In this document: one piece after another, positions 34,544 through 43,218 of the stretch
Layout of the letters: each line of letters opens with the position of its first letter
How positions within the stretch are numbered: position 1 is the stretch's first letter
Assembly (NCBI GenBank): GCA_046301895.1
Contig: JBKCJG010000008.1
Coordinates: forward strand, 961-64,960
Length of the DNA stretch: 64,000 bases
Source of the DNA: Flavobacteriia bacterium
GTDB taxonomy: Bacteria > Bacteroidota > Bacteroidia > Flavobacteriales_D > Crocinitomicaceae
Direction of reading: 5' to 3'
Program-made: the position numbers and the translations under genes
The notes under the pieces: generated by a model
What the model saw: only the letters and a program-made list of their open reading frames with translations
The model's database searches: none
Told to the model about the DNA's origin: nothing

Positions 34544-36151
34544 TTATTGTCTCGATAGGTAAGGCTTGATCATCCTTCCAATGACCATCGACAGGATTAC
34601 AAGCGACACGAGTGAAAATACCTTTCCCAAGAGATCTCCTGAGCGTGTATAGAATGTCAATTTACTATTTAGGTTGATTGTTGCCTTGATTGCATCTTGT
34701 GTCCACCAATTAGTCTGTTGAAGAACATCCCCGCGCTGATTTATAATACAACTGGTACCTGTATTTGCTGATCGGGCGACAGACCTTCTGTTTTCAATTG
34801 CTCTTAGCCTTGCGAAGCTCATGTGCTGCTTGTAACCGGGTGTATCTTTCCACCATCCGTCATTCGTGATTATGAAGATCGCTTCTGCTCCTTTGCGACA
34901 TTGTTCAGCATTGAATTCTCCGTAGATTGATTCGTAGCAGATAAGAGGTGCAAAAGTTACTTTCCCAGAATGCAAGGCCTTTGGTTCCTTTTCTATTCCG
35001 AGTGTTCCGCTGGTACCTCCATTTTCGATTGATAACTCTTCAAGAAACGGAAACCAGTCCGAGAAAGGAAGTTTTTCCACTCCCAAAACCAATTTAGATT
35101 TATGCAGGAAGGTAGGTTCATTTTTTTCATCTACCAGCAATGAGCTGTTATAGCTTTCACAGAAACCTGGTCCATCTGAGAGTTTACGGGAAGCACGGGA
35201 ATTTCTTCGTTCAAAGTACCTTGCGGTTGAAGCTCCAGTAAAGAATGAAGTATTTTCCCAGTTCGACTTTCTTTCTTTCAAGTAACCCCAAAAAGGCATA
35301 GCTAAAAGATCCTCTTCGTAAAAGGTCCAGCTGATCGCTGTCTCAGGAGCAATGACCATCGCAGTATTTTCAGTCACTTTCTTGTCAGCCAGATCCATAA
35401 GCTTGCGCAATTGGTCTTCGACAGAAGCTACCCATTTTTCGTTATACGGATCGATATTGGGCTGAACAACGACAACCTCCAATGGATCCCTTTTTTCCTG
35501 ATAACCTGTATATTGAATGACTGAAATCGAGATAGGAACGATTAGTAAAAGAAGTAATACCACTATCGATATCTTATGTCCTTCCCATCTTTCCTTATTG
35601 AACAAGATTCCTTTGACCAACTGAAATCCCAGATAGTTAATAATTAGGATCCAGACTGTGCCACCTAAGATTCCTGTGACACTATACCATTGAACAAGGG
35701 AGGGTGTCACAGAAAATGTATTTCCGAGATTCAGCCAAGGCCATGAAAGTTCCCAGTGATAATGTAAATATTCAAAACTTATCCAAAGCATTATAAGCGA
35801 CAGATAACCTGCAGAAGCCCCCAAATGTTTTTTAGAAATATGGAAGAGGAAAAAGGCAATACTCATTAAAAACGCATTGAGTATAAAAGCCATTATGGCT
35901 CCTCCCTGACTCGCATTCCAGATCCACCAGGTTGTGCCGATATTATAAATAAAGAATGTCAGGTAAGTATGGATAAAAACCTTTCCCGAGCGATATTTAT
36001 TGGCTGAAATGCTCCATTCCACCAATAAAAGTGGGATCCATGAGACAAAAACGAGAGGAGTAAGACTTCCTGTATATGGGAAACTCATCACCATTAACAA
36101 TCCTGAAAGGATGCTCAAAAGAAATCGTTTTCCTCTTGAAAATTTGACCAT
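34544..36151 (-). CDS. lnt: Apolipoprotein N-acyltransferase
   Basis: Multi-TM N-terminus followed by a nitrilase-fold domain with ICYESIYGEF. Length 535 aa. Confidence 0.9.
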   Translation of the reverse strand: MVKFSRGKRFLLSILSGLLMVMSFPYTGSLTPLVFVSWIPLLLVEWSISANKYRSGKVFIHTYLTFFIYNIGTTWWIWNASQGGAIMAFILNAFLMSIAFFLFHISKKHLGASAGYLSLIMLWISFEYLHYHWELSWPWLNLGNTFSVTPSLVQWYSVTGILGGTVWILIINYLGFQLVKGILFNKERWEGHKISIVVLLLLLIVPISISVIQYTGYQEKRDPLEVVVVQPNIDPYNEKWVASVEDQLRKLMDLADKKVTENTAMVIAPETAISWTFYEEDLLAMPFWGYLKERKSNWENTSFFTGASTARYFERRNSRASRKLSDGPGFCESYNSSLLVDEKNEPTFLHKSKLVLGVEKLPFSDWFPFLEELSIENGGTSGTLGIEKEPKALHSGKVTFAPLICYESIYGEFNAEQCRKGAEAIFIITNDGWWKDTPGYKQHMSFARLRAIENRRSVARSANTGTSCIINQRGDVLQQTNWWTQDAIKATINLNSKLTFYTRSGDLLGKVFSLVSLVILSMVIGRMIKPYLSRQ

Positions 36152-36155
36152 GCTT

Positions 36156-36163
36156 CAAAAATA
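36156..36163 (-). promoter_or_regulatory. -7 box TATTTTTG (minus strand) ending 4 nt before lnt ATG 36151 (predicted leaderless)
   Basis: Plus strand reads CAAAAATA. Confidence 0.5.
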
Positions 36164-36184
36164 ACCAAATTGGTTCAGGTTCAT

Positions 36185-36213
36185 AAAAAAAGGGTCGACC
36201 TTTCGCCCGACCC
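36185..36213 (-). terminator. Terminator after the OmpA/TSP3 gene
   Basis: GGGTCG (36192-36197) pairs with CGACCC (36208-36213). The minus-strand U-run corresponds to plus AAAAAAA 36185-36191. Confidence 0.8.
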
Positions 36214-36237
36214 TTTTCACATTATGCTTAGATCTTC

Positions 36238-38778
36238 TTATTTGAAGATAATCTTCATTTCAACACGACGGTTCTTCTGACGTCCCTCAGGAGTATCATT
36301 AGAAGCGATCGGCATTGTTTCACCGAAGAACAATACATTGAATCTCGTTGCATCTATTCCTTGAGAGATCATGAAATTCTTAACTGCTTCAGCACGCTTC
36401 TTGGAAAGGATCATGTTCTTTTGATCGTCACCAACATTATCTGTGTGTCCTGCGATCTGGAGACCCCAAGTAGCTTTCTTCTTCAGTACTTCGGCAAGCT
36501 CAGTCAATGAAGGAATAGATACTTCTTTGATGATATCCTTACCAGTTTCGAACTCAAGATCGTCGAACGCTGTTTTAAGGATCTCTTCAACTTCCTTTTC
36601 GATTACTGGGCAACCTTTGTTTGAAACAGGACCTGCAGTTGCCGGACAGTCGTCATCTTTATCCAATACACCGTCATTATCAGTGTCCTGATATGGACAT
36701 CCTTTGTTCTTGATTGGTCCAGCAAGGTTCGGACAATCATCATCCTTATCCAATAATCCATCATTATCTGTATCCGGCCATGGACAACCTTTATTTTCCT
36801 TCGGTCCGTATTGCTCTGGACAATCATCCAGGAAGTCGAAAATGCCGTCTTTATCTGAATCAGGGCATCCCTGATTAACAAGTGGACCTGCTACATCCGG
36901 ACAAGCATCTTCATCATCTTTGATTCCGTCACCGTCTGTGTCAGGGCATCCTCTGAAGGCAACCAATCCCGGATTATCAGGACAGTCGTCATTTGGGTCG
37001 ATGATGCTGTCGTTATCTCGGTCTGGACAACCTTTCCACTTAAGTTCTCCTGCTAACTCAGGACAAAGGTCATCTTTATCCGGAATCTTATCCCCGTCTT
37101 TGTCAGGGCATCCGTTGAATTCAGCAAGACCTGCTTCTTGCGGACAATGATCCTCCATATCCTTGATGCCGTCATTATCAGAATCAGGACATCCTTTGAA
37201 GGCCCAAATACCCGGTATAACAGCACATTCGTCCTTTTCATCTGAAACTTTATCACCATCCATATCATCTGGAGCCGTGTATAGTACCGGTACTCTCAAT
37301 CCAGCATAAATTGCAGCGCCATTGATTTTGTCTCCTGAAGCGAACAAGACACCAAAGTCATTCACACCCAATGTAAGTGGCCCAAGTCGCGTTCCAATAC
37401 CTGCTTTAAATCCTGAGTAAGAGTTGTAAGAAAGTGGTAAATGAAGACCAAACCATGCGTGATCAAAGCTTGGGGTCACATTGAAGCTGTTTGGTACGCG
37501 CACCCTGTGAGGATTTTTACGATTCTGAATATTCAAGATCCCTGTCGCATTGACATACAACCACTTCCAAATGTGATAGTCGTATTGTAAACTGATGGAA
37601 GTGGGCAGTGACATAAAGAAGGTAGATCCCTCACCCTCAGGGGATGTCCAATCTGGGTCGTTCTGTACAAGACTATCTATCTTTTGATCAATTTCAATGA
37701 GGTTTCCGGCTCCTTTGAACGCGTCTCTGAAGTTAAATGGATTATTGGTGTTAACGGAGAAATCGCGACTTAACCCTCCTTTGGCGAATTTCATGCCGCC
37801 AATATCAAGAATCGATATCCCCGCCCGCATTTTATATTTCTCCTGATCACGACGCCAAATATTTGTCTCACCATCCATGTCGTATTTATAGGATTTCCAT
37901 TCTGGACGCCATTCATATACGAATCCGAGGTCAAGGCCAATTCCGAACTTTGCCGCACTCTTCATGAAATCGGACGGTCCAATCGTTTTGTTAGGGTCTC
38001 CCAAAATGTCCAGAATTCCTGAAGAATGACCATATTCAACATCACCTGACAAAGAGTTGAATGTATTTTCATCATCAACGTTGTACTGGAAATTTTTAGT
38101 GTGTAAATACGCCGCTGCCATGCCGGAAAGCCATTTTGGTTTTGCACCAAACTTCATGAAATGTTCTCCGTCGTCCTTGATCACTTGAGAATAATTTATA
38201 CCGTATTCTAACCAGGTCAAATGGTTGAAATCAAGCAGCTCTTCATTGAATTTCTGATCCCAGAGAGTGGCATAATCCCAATCATTTTCCAGTAGCAAAG
38301 CAAGATTAGGATCGATATCATCCACATTTGTAATTGAGCGAAATTTGATCGCTGCACCAACAGCTATTTTAGGGTTTATGTGGAACATAAAGTTTAAGAC
38401 ATCAACCTGGATATTATTGTAGAATCCAATTGTCGTATTGTCATTAGCACTATATCTTCTCGTAATATATTTGTCTGTAAAGTCTACACCATCAGTTGGT
38501 GCCCAACTATTGTAAATAGACGTGTCCAAGAAAGATTTTGTCCACCATTTAGGCATGTCTCTTGTGGAATAGTATCCTGCATTTGTCCAACCTGAAAGGT
38601 TAAAGCTGGCAAGATTCACATCCACCACGAAACGGCTGTCTACGAAGCTGGCTGGTTGAAGATCTGTTGCCATTACTCCGGCATAGTTACTGCTATAGAT
38701 TCCCAGATAGTTCTGTGCAGAAGTGCCAAGTGAAATTGCGAAACACAAAAACAGTAACGCTTTTTTCATCATTTTCAT
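36238..38778 (-). CDS. OmpA-family outer-membrane protein: N-terminal beta-barrel-like domain, eight thrombospondin type 3 (Ca-binding) repeats, C-terminal OmpA peptidoglycan-binding domain
   Basis: Signal peptide. Eight units of D.D.DG..D..D.CP....G....GCP. C-terminus GHTDNVGDDQKNMILSKKRAEAV...NRRVE. Confidence 0.9.
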   Translation of the reverse strand: MKMMKKALLFLCFAISLGTSAQNYLGIYSSNYAGVMATDLQPASFVDSRFVVDVNLASFNLSGWTNAGYYSTRDMPKWWTKSFLDTSIYNSWAPTDGVDFTDKYITRRYSANDNTTIGFYNNIQVDVLNFMFHINPKIAVGAAIKFRSITNVDDIDPNLALLLENDWDYATLWDQKFNEELLDFNHLTWLEYGINYSQVIKDDGEHFMKFGAKPKWLSGMAAAYLHTKNFQYNVDDENTFNSLSGDVEYGHSSGILDILGDPNKTIGPSDFMKSAAKFGIGLDLGFVYEWRPEWKSYKYDMDGETNIWRRDQEKYKMRAGISILDIGGMKFAKGGLSRDFSVNTNNPFNFRDAFKGAGNLIEIDQKIDSLVQNDPDWTSPEGEGSTFFMSLPTSISLQYDYHIWKWLYVNATGILNIQNRKNPHRVRVPNSFNVTPSFDHAWFGLHLPLSYNSYSGFKAGIGTRLGPLTLGVNDFGVLFASGDKINGAAIYAGLRVPVLYTAPDDMDGDKVSDEKDECAVIPGIWAFKGCPDSDNDGIKDMEDHCPQEAGLAEFNGCPDKDGDKIPDKDDLCPELAGELKWKGCPDRDNDSIIDPNDDCPDNPGLVAFRGCPDTDGDGIKDDEDACPDVAGPLVNQGCPDSDKDGIFDFLDDCPEQYGPKENKGCPWPDTDNDGLLDKDDDCPNLAGPIKNKGCPYQDTDNDGVLDKDDDCPATAGPVSNKGCPVIEKEVEEILKTAFDDLEFETGKDIIKEVSIPSLTELAEVLKKKATWGLQIAGHTDNVGDDQKNMILSKKRAEAVKNFMISQGIDATRFNVLFFGETMPIASNDTPEGRQKNRRVEMKIIFK

Positions 38779-38791
38779 TTTAAGTAGAGTT

Positions 38792-40960
38792 TTAGTTTAC
38801 ACGATGCTGAACGATGAATTTGTCGACGATCGAGGTTATGATCAGTGTATTGTCAGAATTATTTAACATACATTTTCTACTTCCCTCGTATGATCTATCG
38901 CTAAATTTTCCACCATCCAACTCGTACAAATATACATTATTCTCCAAACCATCGATTACACCGACAAAAGTTCTTCCATCGATGGTTTGAATATACCAGT
39001 TTTCAACGTCAGAAAAATCAATTGGAACTATTCCTAATAGGCTTCCGACGGAACTTAGTATAGAAATCTTGCCACTATTGAAATTTGAGAGGTAGATGAG
39101 ATTTGCCGAGGCCGAACTTTTCTTTATTTTTCCTGAAATAGATTCGTTAAGTTGTGTTTTACCACCCTTTTGATCCATGTAAATCAACTCTCCGTTTTCA
39201 CTGGAAAATAAGAAGATCTCATTATTCCGCACGATGGATTGCGCATCACCGGGTAAATTGAAGGAACGGTATTCACTTCTTTTTTCCGCATCAAACATTT
39301 TGAAAGAGCCATTATTCCGGACACCAAAGAATAGTCGTTTTTGGCTAATCCATGCGTCGACAGGAGCCGAGACACCTGTCATACTATTTGCAACACTGAA
39401 TTGATGACGCCCTCTTTGATCAAATAAGTGCATCGTACCATTTTCATCTGGAAATACAAGATAGAGTTTATTTCGCCAATTGAAGACTGTAGCTTGCTGG
39501 GAAGGGCTTCGGCCACCTAGATTAATAGGTCCGCCGAGAACATAATTGCCTTGTTTGTCAAGTAAATGAATTGAGTTTTTGCAGGTAACAAGGAGGAACT
39601 GAAACTGATCGAGATATGTTATTCCGTCTACAGCCTTCGAGCCCAGGTTTTTAATCCATTTCATTTGCCCTCCAGAATAATACATTAGTTCATTCGTACC
39701 CGTTAGTACAGAGACATTCCCCTTTCCATCGAAAGAAATAAAATCCTTAATCACAGCATCAATATTGATGGTGAGTGATTCCCCTGTAGAGACCCCTTCC
39801 TCTCCGGAATCCTCACTGTTTAAGGATATATGTGTTTCGTGTATTCTGTTTCGGTAAACGGTTCGGCTGAACTTTATTGAGTTATTAACAGTTCTTTCCG
39901 TAACTCGGGCCGGCAGCATTCCAAATATGGCCTTCATTTCTGCTTGATCCGTGGATAGCGTATTCCCTAATTTGTTTTGAGCCACGATGTCTTCGCAAAC
40001 CGATTGATCCTCGCTGATAACGGCGAAATCGTTCATTGAGTAGATATAGAACCCGTCCTTTCCCGAAGCAGGGAAATCTGTAGTGAGTTTGATGTCATTG
40101 AAGAAGCCATGCTCGGTATTCTCTGTATCCTGTTTCATAAAATCATTCATGACGTAGACTGGTTCCTGACCGGAAACAAAATCAGTCACGATTACCTTTG
40201 AGCCTTTGTATTCAAAAGTTACAATCCCTTTGTCTACCCAATTCTTCATTGGCCCATTAGCAAATATTTTATCGCTTGCGTTCAGGAACTGTTTTTCGAT
40301 AAAATGGTAATTCTTTATGTTCTTAGGAAGTGCTGATGAAAAAAGGGCGTTGTCATCCACTTGATCACCCTTTAATTTTTTAAAGTTCTTTGTTTCAAAG
40401 TCGACTCTGTCATCTCCTTTGAAATAGATATCTGTAATCTTTGGCAAGTCTTCGTTCAGATCGATGACGGATGCACTCGATCTCCGGTCAAAATTTCCCC
40501 ATCCCTCAATAAGTGTTGTTTCCAGTTCAGGGGCTGCAAAATGAAGGTAGTTCTTGTAGTATTTTATGTCAAATCCACTAATCGCATAGCTTCTCAATCC
40601 TAACGTTTTTGCATTCAAACCGCTTTTTTTGAGAAGTTCCTCTACCTTTCCTTCCGACCAGTTGAATTTTGATTCGATCAGGAACTGACGGCGGTTCGCA
40701 CTGATGTATATGGAACGTTCGTCAGTCAAATTTGGCTTCAGAACACTCAGTATTTCATTGTTCTTTGCGATTGTTTTGAAAGGAAGTTTTGTCTCATCAA
40801 CTTCATATCGGCGGTTGATCACCAAGATCTTCCCGTCTTCCTTACCGAACAAAGACGTGGGAGAGAAGGATTTCTTTTTATCGATTATGTCTGCTGCAAC
40901 ATAGCCTACCCACAATACACTGATAATGCCAAGGGTAATGAAAAAATAGCGTGCGAACAT
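38792..40960 (-). CDS. Hypothetical membrane-anchored protein, 722 aa, with a C-terminal half that looks like a beta-propeller
   Basis: N-terminal TM MFARYFFITLGIISVLWVGYVAA. Repeated ..D..G.. strands (LLDKQGNYVLGG, LFDQRGRHQF, YMDQKGGKT). Start supported by a -7 box at 40978-40985. Sits 13 nt upstream of the OmpA gene. Confidence 0.7.
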   Translation of the reverse strand: MFARYFFITLGIISVLWVGYVAADIIDKKKSFSPTSLFGKEDGKILVINRRYEVDETKLPFKTIAKNNEILSVLKPNLTDERSIYISANRRQFLIESKFNWSEGKVEELLKKSGLNAKTLGLRSYAISGFDIKYYKNYLHFAAPELETTLIEGWGNFDRRSSASVIDLNEDLPKITDIYFKGDDRVDFETKNFKKLKGDQVDDNALFSSALPKNIKNYHFIEKQFLNASDKIFANGPMKNWVDKGIVTFEYKGSKVIVTDFVSGQEPVYVMNDFMKQDTENTEHGFFNDIKLTTDFPASGKDGFYIYSMNDFAVISEDQSVCEDIVAQNKLGNTLSTDQAEMKAIFGMLPARVTERTVNNSIKFSRTVYRNRIHETHISLNSEDSGEEGVSTGESLTINIDAVIKDFISFDGKGNVSVLTGTNELMYYSGGQMKWIKNLGSKAVDGITYLDQFQFLLVTCKNSIHLLDKQGNYVLGGPINLGGRSPSQQATVFNWRNKLYLVFPDENGTMHLFDQRGRHQFSVANSMTGVSAPVDAWISQKRLFFGVRNNGSFKMFDAEKRSEYRSFNLPGDAQSIVRNNEIFLFSSENGELIYMDQKGGKTQLNESISGKIKKSSASANLIYLSNFNSGKISILSSVGSLLGIVPIDFSDVENWYIQTIDGRTFVGVIDGLENNVYLYELDGGKFSDRSYEGSRKCMLNNSDNTLIITSIVDKFIVQHRVN

Positions 40961-40977
40961 AGAACTTTCAGTTTGAT

Positions 40978-40985
40978 CAAAAATA
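40978..40985 (-). promoter_or_regulatory. -7 box TATTTTTG (minus strand), 17 nt upstream of ATG 40960
   Basis: Plus strand reads CAAAAATA, in the gap between rnhB and the downstream ORF. Confidence 0.4.
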
Positions 40986-41042
40986 CGATACCCGCAGGTT
41001 GCAAAAATTAGGAGGGTTCGATTATAATGAACAATCTGATGT

Positions 41043-41651
41043 TTAATCAAATAATGCCATCTGCTCAGTCGCCAAAAGGGTGAACGATTGCCGATGAAAA
41101 GAAGTAGCTCCGAATTCTTTTATAGCTGCACGATGCTTTTCGGTAGGATATCCCTTGTTGTTATTCCAATCGTACACAGGATGCTTGTGATGAAGTTCCT
41201 GCATGAATTCATCCCGATGTGTTTTGGCCAGAATCGATGCTGCCGCTATGTTCAGGTATTTCCCATCTCCTTTTATGATACATTGATGAGGAATCCCCTG
41301 GTAAGGTGTGAAACGGTTACCATCTATAAGCAATAGTTCAGGACGTACATGCAGCTGATCTACTGCACGGTGCATTCCCAAAAAACTTGCTCTCAAAATA
41401 TTGATGTCATCGATCTCTTCGGAAGATATAAAGGATACTCCATAGGCAATCGCCTCTTGTTCAATAATAGGTCTCAGTAAATCCCTTTTTTTTTCGCTGA
41501 GCTGCTTTGAGTCATTCAAAAAAGGATGATGAAAATCCACCGGAAGGATTACGGAAGCTGCGACAACAGGACCGGCTAAACAACCTCTGCCAGCCTCGTC
41601 GCAACCGGCTTCAATTTTCGATACATCAAAATAGGGTAAAAGTTTTTTCAT
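41043..41651 (-). CDS. rnhB: Ribonuclease HII
   Basis: [18 protein letters not shown]...DSKQL...ASILAK. Length 202 aa. Confidence 0.95.
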   Translation of the reverse strand: MKKLLPYFDVSKIEAGCDEAGRGCLAGPVVAASVILPVDFHHPFLNDSKQLSEKKRDLLRPIIEQEAIAYGVSFISSEEIDDINILRASFLGMHRAVDQLHVRPELLLIDGNRFTPYQGIPHQCIIKGDGKYLNIAAASILAKTHRDEFMQELHHKHPVYDWNNNKGYPTEKHRAAIKEFGATSFHRQSFTLLATEQMALFD

Positions 41652-41748
41652 TCCTTTTCAAAGTTGGCAAAAAAATTGTAGCTTAGCCAAACGTGATGAT
41701 ACAACTTTTTAACGAAATGTTTCGTCTCGAATTTAAAAACGTACGCTC

Positions 41749-42120
41749 ATGAAAACCCTAGTTTTATCTCTTTTCACTTTCATTTTCGCAACATCCCTAT
41801 CATTTGCCCAGGAAAATGCTACTGCATTCGCTCAGAAATCCACAGAGCTTTTGTCGAGCAAGGAATCTGGAAAATATTTGTTTGTAATGCCTGCGGATCT
41901 AACTGAGGAACAGGTTTCAAAGAGTGCCAAATACTATACACACTACTTTACGGTAGAGTTTAACGAGTCGAGCAAAGAAGCAAATATCTCAATGGTGATT
42001 AATGATGATAAAAGTCGTCATGTCATTGTTCGTTTTTTGATTGCTTGCGGAGTGCAAAATGTAACTGTGGATGGGAAAATGTATACAAATGAGGACTTCT
42101 TCAACACTTACATGAAATAA
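41749..42120 (+). CDS. Small secreted hypothetical protein, 123 aa
   Basis: Signal peptide MKTLVLSLFTFIFATSLSFAQ. Followed by a strong terminator. Confidence 0.6.
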   Translation: MKTLVLSLFTFIFATSLSFAQENATAFAQKSTELLSSKESGKYLFVMPADLTEEQVSKSAKYYTHYFTVEFNESSKEANISMVINDDKSRHVIVRFLIACGVQNVTVDGKMYTNEDFFNTYMK

Positions 42121-42136
42121 ACAAAATTATACTTGG

Positions 42137-42166
42137 AAAAGGCTGCTTGAAGGCAGCCTTTTTTTT
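42137..42166 (+). terminator. Rho-independent terminator
   Basis: GGCTGC (42141-42146) pairs with GCAGCC (42153-42158), followed by 8 T. Confidence 0.85.
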
Positions 42167-42191
42167 GTGAAGTTCATTGCCCTCATAGTCT

Positions 42192-42199
42192 TACATTTG
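42192..42199 (+). promoter_or_regulatory. -7 box TACATTTG ending 4 nt before selU ATG 42204 (predicted leaderless)
   Basis: Exact TAnnTTTG. Confidence 0.5.
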
Positions 42200-42203
42200 T
42201 GTT

Positions 42204-43217
42204 ATGGTTCAAAAGATCGGTATTGATGAATTTCTGCATTTAAAGGAACTATATCCTGTAATCGATGTGCGAAGCGAAAAGGAGTTCCGTGATGGTCATA
42301 TACCGGGTGTATTCAATGTACCTATTCTATCTGATGATGAGCGAAAGCTCGTCGGAACAATGTATAAACACAATGGTCGACATCCGGCTGTATACAAAGG
42401 TCTGGAACTTACGGGTCCACACCTTTCTGATCTATTAAGAAAAGGTGTAAGTATTGCCAAAGAGGGAAAAGTGCTTGTTCATTGCTGGAGAGGTGGTATG
42501 CGAAGCGAGTTTTATTCCTTCCTGCTTAAATTCTACGGTCTGGAGCCACTGCTGTTGGAAGGGGGGTACAAAGCTTACAGAACCGGAGTACATGGACTTT
42601 TTGAATGTAAACTTAACATTTGTGTAATAGGTGGCCGCACCGGTTCCGGAAAAACGATCCTGCTAAAAGAGCTCGAGGATCTCGGAGAACAAGTCATTGA
42701 TCTTGAGGGATTAGCCCATCACCGCGGATCTTCATTCGGAGCTTTGGGAATGGTTTATACGCCGACTCAGGAACAATTCGAGAATGAATTATTCACTGTT
42801 TTGAGAAACCTTGATCCTGAAAGAAGGATTTGGATCGAAGATGAAAGCAGAACGATCGGCGATAAAGTAATTCCAGAGGGCATCTGGAAACAGATGAAAT
42901 CAACAAATCGAATAGTTATCAATCGTTCATTCGAAGAAAGGTTGGATCAAATAGAAAAAGATTACGGTATCTTCTCAAAGGAAGATCTGAAGCTCGCGAT
43001 GCAGCGTATCGGAAAACGTCTGGGACCACAGCATGTTAAAAGAGCACTCGAATTTCTGGATGAAGGGAATCTAAGGGAGGCTTTTTCGATTGCTCTCGGT
43101 TACTATGATAAGGCGTATGAATATAATCTGAAAGAGCATAATTCCGGACAGGTAATGGAGTTGAGTGGAGTGGGTATGGAGTACAGAGATCTTGCTGTTA
43201 GGCTTATCGGGTATTGA
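42204..43217 (+). CDS. selU: tRNA 2-selenouridine synthase (SelU/MnmH/YbbB)
   Basis: Rhodanese domain with HCWRGGMRS, followed by P-loop GGRTGSGKT. Length 337 aa. Confidence 0.9.
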   Translation: MVQKIGIDEFLHLKELYPVIDVRSEKEFRDGHIPGVFNVPILSDDERKLVGTMYKHNGRHPAVYKGLELTGPHLSDLLRKGVSIAKEGKVLVHCWRGGMRSEFYSFLLKFYGLEPLLLEGGYKAYRTGVHGLFECKLNICVIGGRTGSGKTILLKELEDLGEQVIDLEGLAHHRGSSFGALGMVYTPTQEQFENELFTVLRNLDPERRIWIEDESRTIGDKVIPEGIWKQMKSTNRIVINRSFEERLDQIEKDYGIFSKEDLKLAMQRIGKRLGPQHVKRALEFLDEGNLREAFSIALGYYDKAYEYNLKEHNSGQVMELSGVGMEYRDLAVRLIGY

Positions 43218-43218
43218 T

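Noticed and set aside
36573-37272. A periodic DNA repeat region that could be mistaken for a repeat array or CRISPR.
   Set aside because: The periodicity is in frame and encodes eight thrombospondin type 3 units of the OmpA-family protein. The units are degenerate at the DNA level and have no unique spacers.
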